Source: Octopus sinensis (Eukaryota). From it: DNA of 64,000 nt. The translations under genes and the position numbers were made by a program. The notes below the pieces were generated by a model. That model was given only the letters and a program-made list of their open reading frames with translations. It ran no database searches and was not told the DNA's origin. The number at the start of each line of letters is the position of its first letter. The stretch's first letter is position 1. Positions 23,761 through 35,793 of the stretch are shown here, piece by piece. The stretch spans positions 25,296,001 to 25,360,000 of the forward strand of contig NC_043001.1 in the NCBI RefSeq assembly GCF_006345805.1. Direction: 5' to 3'.

Positions 23761-25309
23761 GATAGATAAAGTTTGTGCAGATGGTGTGAAGCAGATTCGA
23801 GTTGGTTATCACTACGGTGTGAAAGATAAAGTGACAGATATGCCCCGGAGCAAGGGCGTTTGTGGGTCCTGGGCTGGATGTGATTAGCCGATATATCTTC
23901 CGACCATAAGATCTCGTTGTCGAAAAGTATAAAGTGTAAGATAGTAACGCTGTTATGGGAGGACTGTTAAGTGGAAAGTAACAAAGAATTCGGTCCCTAG
24001 ATAGTATCTGAATATGACAGAAGTCCAACAGGTCGGAAGAGTGACCCCTTAATAGGCTGAGCAGAGAACAGTGGTAATGTCTAAAGTTTGTTCTCTTCGA
24101 CTTCATTGTTACTCGCATTCATGTTTAATGACAACAGTATAAAATAAAAGACAATTATTCACTTTATAGTCATTGTTTATGCTTTTACAAGAGCGCTTAT
24201 GTCATTTTTTTTTTGTTTGTTCTTTTATGATAGACCTGTTTCCTTGACTGTCATTCTTTCACCGAGAAGTGACTCAGCTTCCTCTAAGTATAGTTGATTA
24301 TCAGCCCTTCCTCTGTCATTTTACCCCCTCTTCGCAACGTGATGTAGTTCGCCATTTATCAGTCCTGTACATTCAAAATGTAGACTAAATAAGTACAATG
24401 GGAATCGCTGCTTATACCCAGCCGTTATTGTTATAAAAAATGAATGAGTCCCAAAACACGATCATAAAAATTGTGATGTCTTTCTGTCTAAAATTATCAG
24501 CCGGTTATTTTTCCCTTAAAGGCTCCCTCCCAAAGTAATCAATAAACGGCTTCCACGTAACAACGCACACACACAATAAATAAATATATATATATATATT
24601 GTATGTGTGTGTTTATATATATATAAACCCCTTACAGGCAAAAGTTGTGTGAAAAAAATTTTTTAATATTAATTAGAACGAATTTACACCCTTCAGATGT
24701 TGAATTTACCTCTGGTTAAGTATCACTGTTCTAGTAGCCGTAATGTTAGTCATGTGTTGTTTTGTGTGTGTTACTCATTCATGAGTAAAGCATAGAAAAC
24801 ATCTTCATACATCCATCCCAAAAGCATTTTTAGCTGAACTCTTTACGGAACACTAATTCTAACTGCACACCACCACTCTGATTACATTGGTTTAACTAGC
24901 ATTTGTTTCTGTTTTTACTGGACTAGTTGCTGTCTATGCAAGCAACATTCTATTTTTCTTCCCCCGTCGGAATCTATCTCATCTGTTCAGTTAAGTTGTT
25001 TGTTATTGCGGTGCTACTACGTCCAATGATAAAGATGTTTTTTTATTGCGGTACCCACATCCGATGAGGAATATTGGAGTAGTCGTTATTTGTTAGCTGA
25101 ACAAGTTTACACCGTGTAGCAGAATCGATAGAGCACTGTTGTCAGATGCGTCTTTTTTTTTTTTTTTTTTATTTAATTCCAAGTTCAAACCTGAGATGAC
25201 TACTTCTCATCTTTCCGTGTTTAATAAAATAAGTACCAGTCAAGTACTCCCTGTATAAAGTCATGCATTAAAAAAAAAAACATAGTGGTGGTGGTGGTGG
25301 TGCGACAAG

Positions 25310-25530
25310 TTGAAAGAAGTGTTAGAGCGTCTAAAAAAATGCCTTTGCTACAATTGTTCTTGGCTCTTTGTGTTCTGAGTTCAAATTCCGCCTAAGTCAC
25401 CTTTGCCTTGGCGATAGGTTGGTATCACCTAACCGTCGATAAAATAAGTACAAGTCAAGCCACGGGTCAATGCAATTGACTAAACCACACCCCTACAAAA
25501 TTCCAAGCCTTGTGCCTATAATAGAAAGTG
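25310..25530 (+). mobile_element. SINE B2, degenerate
   Basis: ttctgagttcaaattccgcctaagtcacctttgcctt...gtcgataaaataagtacaagtc...gccttgtgcctataatagaaag. Confidence 0.75.
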
Positions 25531-26258
25531 GTAGTGGTGGTGGTGGTGGTAGTAGTAGCTTAGTACCCAGTTGCACTATTTAGTTATGTTCTTTAACTAT
25601 CTGATTTAAGATCAACTTTGTCTTTCATCCCACTGGCGTTGATAAAATAAAACTAGTGATGTAATTAGTCACATCAGCCAACTATATAGATTCCCTAGAA
25701 ATCTTAGAAACCTTAAACCAAGACTAAATATTTATTAGCAATGGAAGCAGTATCAGCACCAAAAGAAAATCTTTATATCCAACTCAATATAGATGTGTTG
25801 TTAGAACATCAAATACTACATTATTAACTTTTATGAGATCCTCTCATAGGCGCTTGGGAAATAAAAGCACACATAGATCGTCGCAGACGAGAATCGTCTG
25901 TTATGGGTACCAGAATCCCATATCACATGATACCAGTCTACTGGACATCATCTGTGAGAGGCGTCTGGTCACTGCATACCAGACAAATCTCACTGCTGTA
26001 ATATATAGAATATCAGCAATGATGTCACTAATAGACAGCAGGCTTATCAAAAATTAATTATCAGTGACGGAAGCAGTACATTTTTAGAATTATGGTACCA
26101 CCCTTCACTCTCTGTTTAGTTTTGCGCACAGTTGTCATCCATATAACATAGGGAGTCCGCAAGAGAACCTCTGCTCACAACCCTAGAAATTTCAACCAAA
26201 TTGTTCTTTTATCTCACCCTACTGTCTTAAAAAAATGGATGGACACACTAATGTAGAT

Positions 26259-26395
26259 TAAAATCTATTTGCTAACATAAATTGGCAGTCTTGTGCATTG
26301 GTAGCCAGCTGGAAAAGATGTTTTCCTGGAGCTAAAAAAAGGTAGTAATGTCGTCTTAGCCAGGACTGCCAATTTACATTGGCAAATAGATTTTA
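26259..26395. repeat. 137-bp inverted-repeat element (37-bp arms)
   Basis: taaaatctatttgctaacataaattggcagtcttg pairs with caggactgccaatttacattggcaaatagatttta; TA at both ends. Confidence 0.8.
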
Positions 26396-28066
26396 CTCTG
26401 TTACTACTTCTCACTCAGAGATTTAAAACTAAATGTTTTCCTCTCCACATTAGTGTAATCCTAGATAAGTTAATTATGCCTGATTCAGAGTTAAACAACA
26501 GCATGCAACATAGACTTGCACTAATATGACAAATTAGTCTGTTGTAACAGTACAAATAACAAAGACTAAAACAGTCAAAATCTTTCTAGTGCTAGTCATC
26601 ACAAACCTCTTATGATTTTTCAAGAGCATCTGCACATATCATACAACAAAGACATTGCCAAAACTATATCACGAAAATTAGACTGTCATCTTCAGAGCCA
26701 AATTATGCTTCAGTACTATTTACTTAAATGGGACAGTACTGACATCATATCTGTTACACATGCAAGCATATAGACCATATCCAAAAGAAACACATTTGGC
26801 TGATTGACAAAGGTGCTGTCACTTAGCTCACAAATGCACCAGTTCTTCTGTTTGTTTCTTTTACAACTACTGCTGTCTCATGACCTTTGGCTAATTAATT
26901 TAGTGAGCTATTAACAATTTAATGCTTTCAGAGGTTTTCACTTATTTTTCTCATACCTCTAATCAAAAAAACCCCATTTTCATGTTAAAGCAGTTGTTTT
27001 TACAATTAGTGCTTTCTGACTCACAAAATAGAGTTACTGCCAATTATCCTGCTTGGAAACTGATACCAATAGAATAATAAGACAGATGGATTCTGAAAGC
27101 TACAGATGTCTGAGTCAATAGTGTATCAAACGACTAACTAGCTGGAAAAGTCAGTGTTTTCTATTCTGTCACCAGCCTGCAATGTATATCTCATCAAGAT
27201 ACTTGACTCTCAACTGCCCAGTCCACTTAGCTATGAGAAAGTGCCTTAAGGTGCAGCAGTGCTATAAAATTGACAAGCATTTTTTTCTTTCTTTTTAATT
27301 CGTACTGCTCATGAGCTTGGACCATGGTAGAAAAACTAATATGACCCTACCCTCAACTCTATCATCAGAATGAGCTTGCATGGACAGATTCATTTAATAT
27401 TAACAACCTGTAAAGATCTCTATTGTCCAAACATGCTCCCATTGGATACTGCTATATACGAAATCATGTGTTGGTTTGACATTAGTTTGATATGAGATAT
27501 TTTTCAGATACATTTTACACACTAGTTTTTGTCATTATTATATATTTCTATTTGCTTTATGTTCCACACATCTTATTAATAAAATATTTTTGCTGTTAAT
27601 TTCTTCATTAGGGCCATATTACTTGGATAAATACAGCAGACAGTATATTGATGGAAATAGTAATATAATCAGGTTTACATTAGGGAAAGCAAAAATATGT
27701 CTATACTAGCTCCAGTACAGTATTGATTTCTATATCTCTTTATTTTCTTACCATGTTTACAGTAATAATGGTTTGTCAAATTGGCTATTCTTCTTCATTA
27801 AGGGACTATTATTGTATTTGATGGCATAAAAGGCATACTGGCATAATATAGACACCCCAATTTCAGTATTGCATATGAGTGATTTTTCGACACTTTTTTT
27901 TTTTTTTTTTTTTGAAAAAAAAGTCCATCTTATATACTACTGAATATGATAGTTGATATAATGAAAGATTGCTTTTCATGTAACATTATTTTCCTATAAT
28001 ACTGTCTTTCTCAGCTTCCAAAAGTTCTTTCGGCTTATCTGTGGTCGTCTTACTTCAATGTTTCCT

Positions 28067-28480
28067 AGGCATAGGAGTGGCTGTGTGGTAAGTAGCTTGC
28101 TTACCAACCACATGGTTCCGGGTTCAGTCCCATTCCGTGGCACCTTGGGCAAGTGTCTTCTACTATAGCCTCGGGTCGACCAAAGCCTTGTGAGTGGATT
28201 TGGTAGATGGAAACTGAAAGAAGCCCATTGTATATATGTATATATATATATGTATGTGTGTGTCTGTGTTTGTGTGTTTGTCCCCCCAACATCGCTTGAC
28301 AACCAATGATGGTGTGTTTACATCCCCGTAACTTAGCAGTTCGGCAAAAGAGACTAATAGAATAAGTACTGGGCTTACAAAAAATAAGTCCTGGGGTTGA
28401 TTCGCTCGACTAAAGGTAGTGCTCCAGCATGGCCACAGTCACATGACTGAAGCAAGTAAAAGAATAAAAGAGTAAAGAGT
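28067..28480 (+). mobile_element. Full-length SINE family A (reference copy)
   Basis: A box TGGCTGTGTGG, B box GGTTCAGTCCC, core caccttgggcaagtgtcttctactatagcc, central (TA)n(TG)n, tail ending in aaagagt repeats. Confidence 0.92.
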
Positions 28481-28804
28481 ATACACACACACACCAGCTT
28501 CAGTTATCAGGATTCTGACCTGAATCCCTTATTTATTGAACATGTCTAAAAGTACAGAGATGTACTGCATATTATCTTCTTTCTCTTTCCTTAGATTCCC
28601 TCAGATTTCTTAGCAACATCTTTTAATGTTTCAAATGTATATAATATTTTCAATATGCATCTGTATAACTTGCCACTTGTGAAGCTGTTTGAAGTATTCT
28701 CAAAATGTAATGACAAGAATTAGATTTTTCTTTTTCAGTGAAATCTTGCAGTTTTTCAAAATTAAGCACTTTTATGTCATTTTGAGAGTTATTTAGAAAA
28801 CTTA

Positions 28805-29140
28805 TCATCATCATCATTATCCAGTGTTTTAAATCCAGGTTTTGTCCCCATTAACGGGGGTGGCCAGATCTACCTCAAAGCCATAGCAACAGAGGTAGGC
28901 AGGTGCAGCCCACCCCAACCTTTGGGCTGGCTGGTGCCCATATTCCTTTGCTATCATGAAGGTTTTTTGGAGCTGGATTTTCTACAAAGAGCATGCCCTT
29001 GCTTACCCACAACCTCAGTTACTAGACATGAGTGGTCTCGACACCAAGGCCTCTACCATGAATTTTAAGAAATTCAGTGGTAAACTAGCTCATGAAGGCA
29101 GGGACACTACTCCCTGAGACTCCTTTCAGTGTTCCCCTAC
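28805..29140 (-). mobile_element. Probable LINE 3' UTR fragment with (GAT)n tail
   Basis: GC-richer block starting atcatcatcatcatt, with ggatttt.tac...catgcccttgct..cc.caacc resembling RTE 3' ends; no coding motif found. Confidence 0.4.
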
Positions 29141-29240
29141 CTAAATTTAGAAAATTTATAATTTTAGAAATATTTCTTCGTTTCTTTTTCATGCAAATTT
29201 AGCTCAAGGTTGTTTTAAATATAATTCAAGAATAATTGTA

Positions 29241-29598
29241 TCACTAAGAAGCTTACTTTCCAACTTCAGGGTTTCCGGTTCAGTGCCACATGCAGTACCT
29301 TGAGCATGTGTCTTCTATTATAGCCCTGGGCTGAGTAATGCCTTCTCAATGAATTTAGTAAAGAGAGATTGTGTAGACAGCTGATCCGTGTGTTTCTGTT
29401 TGAGTTTGCCCCACCGCCGCCACTTAACAGGTGTTCTCATTTGTCTACGTTCCCATGACTTAGCAGTTCAACAAAAGAAACTGACAATAAATAACAGGCT
29501 TAAAAAATAAGTTCTGAGGTCAATTTGTTTGACTAAACCCTTTGTGACAGTGTCTAGCATGGCCATAGTCCAATGATTGAAACAAAAGTAAAAAGAAA
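29241..29598 (+). mobile_element. Old SINE family A variant
   Basis: agaagcttactttccaac..cagggtttccggttcagtgcca...cagttcaacaaaagaaactgac...ctagcatggccatagtccaatgattgaaacaaaag. Confidence 0.75.
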
Positions 29599-29636
29599 AA
29601 ATTGTGTGTGCGTGTGTATACAAACATACATATATA

Positions 29637-31178
29637 CAGACATGACAAAAGTAGACACGCTTATAATAATTAAAATTTATTTAAATCTGAAATTATATGT
29701 TCAAATTACTTATTAATTGTTATAATGTGAATATTTAATATTTAGTACACATGCCCTTTGCATTTTTTAATACAAGGACCCTATCAAGCATGTTACTGAT
29801 CAGGTGACGAATATTCTCTTGTGGAATTTCTTGCCAAGTTTCATGCAGTAATCTCAAAAGATCTGGCTTTGAAGATGCTTTCTTGTTCTTTTTATGAATT
29901 GTCCTTTTCAGTAGGGTTCATATCTGGTGACTGGCTTGGCCATGGAAGCTTTTTAATGCCATTCTCATCCAATAAATCTTGGGTCATTTTCACCATGTGA
30001 CAAGGAGCCCCATCTTTCATAAATAAAGAGCCTTCTTTAATCATTTCACCACTGGAGATTGGAAGGAGTCCTTTCTGTAATATGGACACATGTTTATCTG
30101 AGTTTATGTTTCCCTCACACTTCACCAAGTCTAATCAACCATTGCTCCAAATTGCTCCCCAAACCATCACAAGATAGCTACCATGTTTCATTGTTGGCTG
30201 CGGTCTTTTCATATCAAATTCTTGATCACAGTCTCCAAACCCACACTCGACCACTGTCAGGAAATACAGCAAATCTGGACTCATCAGAGAATATGACAGT
30301 GTCCCAAAATGCTAGTGGCTTCTCCACCATCTCACTAACCCAATCTTTTCTTCGCTTGATGTTGGCTGGTCAAAGAAGTGGCTTCCTTCTTGCTGCTCTG
30401 CCATAGTAACCAAGTTTGTGGAGATACCTGACAGCTGTTCTGGGACTGACATCAACTTGTTCTATGTCAGGGGCCTTTCAACAAGGATTATCCTTCACAC
30501 TTCTCTTAACAAAGAGAAGGGTCCTAACAGAGGGCCCTGGTTGATCTGAATGAGGTGATGTGGACTCCTTCCCCTCTCTGGTGAATTGCACAATCACTCT
30601 ATTGACTGTAGAAAGTAGGATCCCCAAGGTTTTCTGCAATTTTACACTGACTGTGTCCACCTTGAGAATGACCCACAATACAGCCTCTTTGAAATTCAGA
30701 CAGTTCCAAGGCTTCTTTTGTGCATGGCATTATTAAACAGTCACATATAGGACCTGAAACACCAAAAAAAATATATAAACCATTACATCATCATCATCGT
30801 TTAGCGTCTGCTTTCCATGCTAGCATGGGTTGGATGGTTCAACTGGGGTCTGGGAAGCCAGAAGGCTGCGCCAGGCCCAGTCTGATCTGGCAGTGTTTCT
30901 ACAGCTGGATGCCCTTCCTAACGCCAACCACTCCGTGAGTGTAGTGGGTGCTTTTTACGTGCCACCTGTACAGGTGTCAGACGAGGCTGGCAAACGTCCA
31001 CAATCGGGTTGGAGCTTTTTACGTGCCACCGGTACGGAGGCCAGTCGGGGTGGCACTGGCAACGGCCACGTTAGGATGGTTCTCTTACGTGCCACCGGCA
31101 CTGGTATCACAGCTACAATTTCCATTGATGTTGAAAACAATGTTTTATGGGGTGTCTATTTACTTCTGTCATGTCCCA
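29637..31178 (-). mobile_element. Decayed Tc1 (DD34E-type) transposon with nested family C insertion
   Basis: TIR CAGACATGACAAAAGTAGACAC at 29637 after TA and degenerate GTGTCTA(TTTA)CTTCTGTCATGTCC-CA-TA at 31152-31180; minus frames give the HTH region [19 protein letters not shown] and catalytic KDGAPCH...LPWPSQSPDMNPTE. Confidence 0.88.
30787..31120 (-). mobile_element. Family C element nested in the Tc1
   Basis: catcatcatcatcgtttagcgtctgctttccatgctagc... with three tttacgtgccacc subrepeats. Confidence 0.9.
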
Positions 31179-31424
31179 TACGTATGGATATAAAAAGTGA
31201 AGAATCATTGTTATAATCTGACGTCATGTCTAACCTCAACTAATATATACTCGTCATTGTTTCCCTTATCCGGTTTCAATAGCTATTAGCAAATAATATA
31301 TTTCCTGTGAGTATTTCCTGGCGCTCTTTCCTGTTGATTCCCATTTACTTCCACATTATATTATTCCTATTTCTTAAATGTTTATGGAAAGACATTGTGT
31401 TTTTGTGTATATAGATATATATAT

Positions 31425-31640
31425 ACTTGAGCTGCTGCTGAATATCAAGTCAACTCTAATCAAGCACACCTATAAATAAAGGCAGTCTTGTCAGGATCGC
31501 TTCTCTTTTCGGACACGGTGGGTCTACAACTACATTATCCAATGTGTCTTTCTATTTAGGCAGCAGGATTTAATTTAAGTGAGATTTAGCTGCTTTTCCT
31601 AGCAGGTTAAGTGACCACAAAGGCTTCTCTCATTGGTTCA
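31425..31640 (+). repeat. Family F repeat
   Basis: caagtcaactctaatcaagcacacctat...gtgagatttagctgcttttcctagcaggttaagtgaccacaaaggcttctctcattgg. Confidence 0.6.
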
Positions 31641-31817
31641 ATATGTAAGTTTGTGTATGTGTCTTTACTGTTCTCAGTCATTGGGCTGGGGCTATTCTGA
31701 GGCACTACCTTCAAGAGTGGTGTTAAGTATATCGACCCCAGCAGTTGTTTTAGGGACTTCAGATGGACAAAAGCACAAATTGAATGTACACAGGATTTGG
31801 ATTCAGATGGGAAAGGG

Positions 31818-31960
31818 ATCATCATCATCATTTAACGTCTGTTTTCCATGCTGGCATGGGTTGGAGGGTTTGATAGGAGCTGAAGAGCTGCCCATGATCC
31901 ATGGCTGGACGCCCTTCCTAACACCAACCACTTTACAGAGTGTACTGGGTGCATTTACTC
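31818..31960 (-). mobile_element. Family C fragment
   Basis: atcatcatcatcatttaacgtctgttttccatgctggcatgggttgg...ggacgcccttcctaacaccaaccactttacagagtgtactgggtgc. Confidence 0.85.
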
Positions 31961-32262
31961 AGCACTGTGGATGCGCAAGAAGTGTAGTGGGATCACAGTC
32001 ATATGTTGTGGATTCACAGGGCCAGTTAGCAATAAGAGAAGTACACATGGAATAGATTTAGTTTCATAACCCAAAAATGTCTACTCTTGTTTCAGTCATT
32101 TGACTATGGCCATGCTGGAGCACTGCCTTTAGTCGAGCAAATCGACCCCAGGACTTATTCTTTGTAGGCCTAGTACTTATTCTATCGATCTCTTTTGCCG
32201 AACTGCTAAGTTACGGGGACCTAAACACACCAGCATCGGTTGTCAAGCGATGTTGGGAGGAC

Positions 32263-32301
<39 letters not shown>

Positions 32302-32309
<8 letters not shown>

Positions 32310-32735
32310 TAAATTAGAGATAAAACCACTATTAGGTAAATCATACAATGAAAAACTTAAACCAATACATAAGATTAATTAATTTATATCATTTAAATAT
32401 ATCAAATTATTAAAAAAGATAATTAATATAACACTACGATCGTTTCATGGCTGTCCAATTCTTAAACCACCTGAAGAATGACTGTAACTCGAAAATTTTA
32501 AGAATTGGACAGCCATGAAACGATCGTAGTGTTATATTAATTATCTTTTTTAATAATTTGATATATTTAAATAATATAAATTAATTAATCTTATGTATTG
32601 GTTTAAGTTTTTCATTGTATGATTTACCTAATAGTGGTTTTATCTCTAATTTAATATATAATATTTTACTATAAAATTGGATTCAATCCTAAATCTGATT
32701 TTTCCCTGTAAGTTTGGATTTATTCCCTAATATTT

Positions 32736-32740
<5 letters not shown>
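32302..32740 (+). mobile_element. Penelope-like pLTR remnant with about 165-bp near-perfect inverted arms, inserted in (TA)n
   Basis: Arms about 32302-32466 and 32497-32660, 30-nt spacer, (TA)n on both sides, hammerhead motif at the centre. Confidence 0.75.
32466..32533 (+). ncRNA. Type-I hammerhead ribozyme motif
   Basis: CAC-CUGAAGA-AUGACUGU[loop]ACAGCCAU-GAA-ACG-AU-CGU-A-GUG: intact core, stem II 7 of 8 bp, palindromic stem III, GUA triplet (cut after 32528), stem I CAC/GUG. Confidence 0.7.
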
Positions 32741-32788
<48 letters not shown>

Positions 32789-32984
32789 TATATACAATGG
32801 GCTTCTTTCAGTTTCCGTCTATCAAATCCACTCACAAGGCTTTGGTCAGGCTGAGGCTATAGTAGAAGACACTTGCTCAAGGTGCCACGCAGTGGGACTG
32901 AACCCGAAACCATGTGGTTGGTAAGCAAGCTACTTACCACACAGCCACTCCTGTCTCTAGAAGTAATTGATAACTTTGTTACCT

Positions 32985-33340
32985 CAAATGATCTTATTAG
33001 CTGTAATGGAAACTATTCTGAAAGCATAGTTGCCAGAGTAAGAATGAGGTTGTTCAGGGTGAAATAAGATTGTATGATCTTTGTACACTGACTGTGATGT
33101 TGCATGGTAATAAGACATGGCCCCTGAATGCAGAGGATTTGTGAAAGCTGGAAAGAAGTGAAGCAAGTATGCTTTGATAGACGTGTAACATTGGTGTGTA
33201 TGAATGACAAAGCACAATGAGCTGAAAGGAAAACTGAAGACAAGAGGAATCAGATGTAGAGTGCAATAGAGAAGACATGCGGGATGTTGGTTATACAAAG
33301 AAATCCTAAGCATTCTATATGGAGGAACATGTGGTTGAGG
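32985..33340 (+). mobile_element. RTE LINE ORF fragment, multiply disrupted
   Basis: Translates RLYDLCTLTVMLHGNKTWPLNAEDL*KLERSEASML, typical of the RTE post-RT region. Confidence 0.75.
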
Positions 33341-33628
33341 GAGAGAATTTATTTTTAGGAAATCATACGAGGAAATGATTAAGTCAGGTCACAAGAGTCT
33401 GAATCTCATGACAGCAATGACAGAGGGCTGTGACAAGAAATGAACTGCCGTACTGAAGAATACTCACCCAGCACAAGAATTTATGAGAAACAGACACTCA
33501 GAAAAATATACAATAGTAATTAATAGAGGTTGTAAGTCTATATTTGGGTCTCTCTCACCCATTATGTTCATATTGAATCTCCCTGTCACAAATCATCCTG
33601 TTACTGTCTACTGCTACCTCTCTCTTAA

Positions 33629-33840
33629 CCCTTTCGTTACTGTATTTATTTTGAGATGCTCTGTGTTTCTTTTTGATGTAACAAAGAATTTAGTAAAATA
33701 ACTTTGTTATCATTCAGCTAGTGTTAGGAACATAAATTGTGACTAAGGTTTGGTGGAAGATTTTAATTCAAAATTTATGAAAACAAGACATTTGTACTAC
33801 AGGGCCAGAGCCGGTTTCAGCCAGGTTGGTAGCGAAAGGG
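33629..33840. mobile_element. TTAA (piggyBac-like) MITE family 2
   Basis: ttaa-CCCTTTCGTTAC ... GTAGCGAAAGGG-ttag; 212 bp. Confidence 0.85.
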
Positions 33841-33959
33841 TTAGTTATACTCACTCATCACTCCCCACTCCCCTCCCCCATCACACAACCTCTCATTGAT
33901 TCTTTTTTTCCTTCATCCCCTCAAAGATTATAAATTTACATTTCTGTCTACAAGATATA

Positions 33960-34180
33960 TTAATTTCAAATTTTGGCATGGAGCCAGCAAGTTTCAGGAG
34001 AGGGAGTTAGTCAATTACATTGACTCCAGGGCTCAGCTGGTACTTATTTTACCAACCCTGAAAGGATGAAAGACAAAGTCAACCCTGGATGAATTTGAAC
34101 TCAGAACATAAAGATGGATGAAATGCCAGTGAGCATTTTGCCCGACGTGCTAACAATTCTGCCAGCTCGTCACCTTATAT
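33960..34180 (-). mobile_element. SINE B2
   Basis: ggtacttattttaccaaccctgaaaggatgaaagacaaagtcaacc..gaatttgaactcagaac...ttctgccagctcgtcaccttat. Confidence 0.85.
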
Positions 34181-34319
34181 CTATAAGATGTATTGATATC
34201 TAGCATTGTGTCCAGGCCACAAATATATTGGGTCAGGTGTAAACCTCACTACTTCACTCGTACTTATTTCATCGAGCCTTTGTTTTGTTTTGTTTAAATT
34301 GTTCTTTGTTAAAATGTAT

Positions 34320-34705
34320 ATTGGCATGGCTGTGTAGTTTAGAAGCTTGCTTTGCCATCACATTGTTTCAGATTCATGACACCTTGGATAAGTGTCTTCT
34401 ACTATAACCATGGCCCAACCAATGCCTTGTGAGTGAATATGGCAGATGGAAACTATGGTTGCCTATCATATATATGTTTGTGTTTGTCTTCCATTACTGT
34501 CAAGCAGTAATGGGAGACAAACTGGTTTGTGTGTTTGCATGCCTGTAACTTTGCGATTCAACAAAAAAGACTGATAGAATAGGAAGAAGTATAAAACTTA
34601 AAAAGATAAGTACTAAGGTCGATTTATTCAACTAAACCTTTCAAGACAGTGCTCCAGAATGGCCATGGTCCAGTGCCTGAAACAGTTTAAAGAAGATAAA
34701 AGAAG
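34320..34705 (+). mobile_element. Old SINE family A variant
   Basis: ggcatggctgtgtagtttagaagcttgctttgcc...gtgctccagaatggccatggtccagtgcctgaaacag. Confidence 0.8.
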
Positions 34706-35400
34706 GCTGTGTATCTAGTTTTCAAAATTAATTTATCTAGGGGTTTTTTTTCCTTAAAAAATATTAAAATAATTTAGGTAAATAATTAACTAAGAAATAG
34801 TCTTACTAATCTTTGTCTTTTTGTTTTGGATTTTGTTGTTACATATCAATTCATAATATAAACCATTTAAATCTGTCATGTTTCTTATAAGAGCAAATTC
34901 AAGTTCATTGCCACACCAAAACTATATTTGTGATATCTGATTTCCATCAGGAATTTATTCATTTTCCTCTTTTCTGTTTCCTTTTTTTTTTTTTTCTTAA
35001 ATACCTAGGACAAAACTAGTCCTTATTTCCAAATCTCATATATAAATACATTTTTCTCCCCTACTAAATTTATATATAAAAAAAAACAACTACTTGTCTT
35101 ACATATCAGTTTATTCAGTGACGCTTGCCTTATATTAACCAGTAATCTATTCTGTAATCTTTTTAGACTGGAAACTTATTAGTTGACTGTTACTTATTTT
35201 AACGATCTTGAAGCGATGAAAGGTAAAGTCAACATTAGCAAGCTCATACAACAAAATATGCCATTGTCTTTAAAATATTTTTTTAAAGATTTATGATTGT
35301 GGCTTTTGAGCATACAAATTTCTCAATTCCTCTGTACAGGATTTTGTAATGAAAGAAATTATAGAGCTCCAAACTAAAAGTCGTACAGTATTGAATTTTG

Positions 35401-35793
35401 TTTACTCTTTTACTCGTTTTAGTCATTTGGCTGCGGCCATGCTGGAGCACCGCCTTAAGTCGAGCAAATCGACCCCGGGACTTATTCTTTGTAAGCCCAG
35501 TACTTATTCTATCGGTCTCTTTTGCCGAACCGCTAAGTGACGGGGACGTAAACACACCAGCATCGGTTGTCAAGCAATGCTAGGGGGACAAACACAGACA
35601 CAGAAACACATACACACACACACACATATATATATACAACAGGCTTCTTTCAGTTTCCGTCTACCAAACCCACTCACAAGGCATTGGTCGGCCCGGGGTT
35701 ATAGCAGAAGACACTTGCTCAAGATGCCACGCAGTGGGACTAAACCCGGAACCATGTGGTTGGTTAGCAAGGTACTTACCACACAGCCACTCC
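35401..35793 (-). mobile_element. Full SINE family A
   Basis: High-identity reverse complement of the reference copy. Confidence 0.92.

Larger units (their letters stand above)
32082..32953 (-). mobile_element. SINE family A, split at its central (TA)n by a hairpin element
   Basis: 3' half 32082-32262 and 5' half 32790-32953 are contiguous in the A consensus. Confidence 0.9.

Noticed and set aside
28067-28145. tRNA genes at SINE heads (also 7990-8060, 49835-49912, 56340-56400)
   Set aside because: A and B boxes are present, but no complete cloverleaf or acceptor stem; all continue into SINE bodies.
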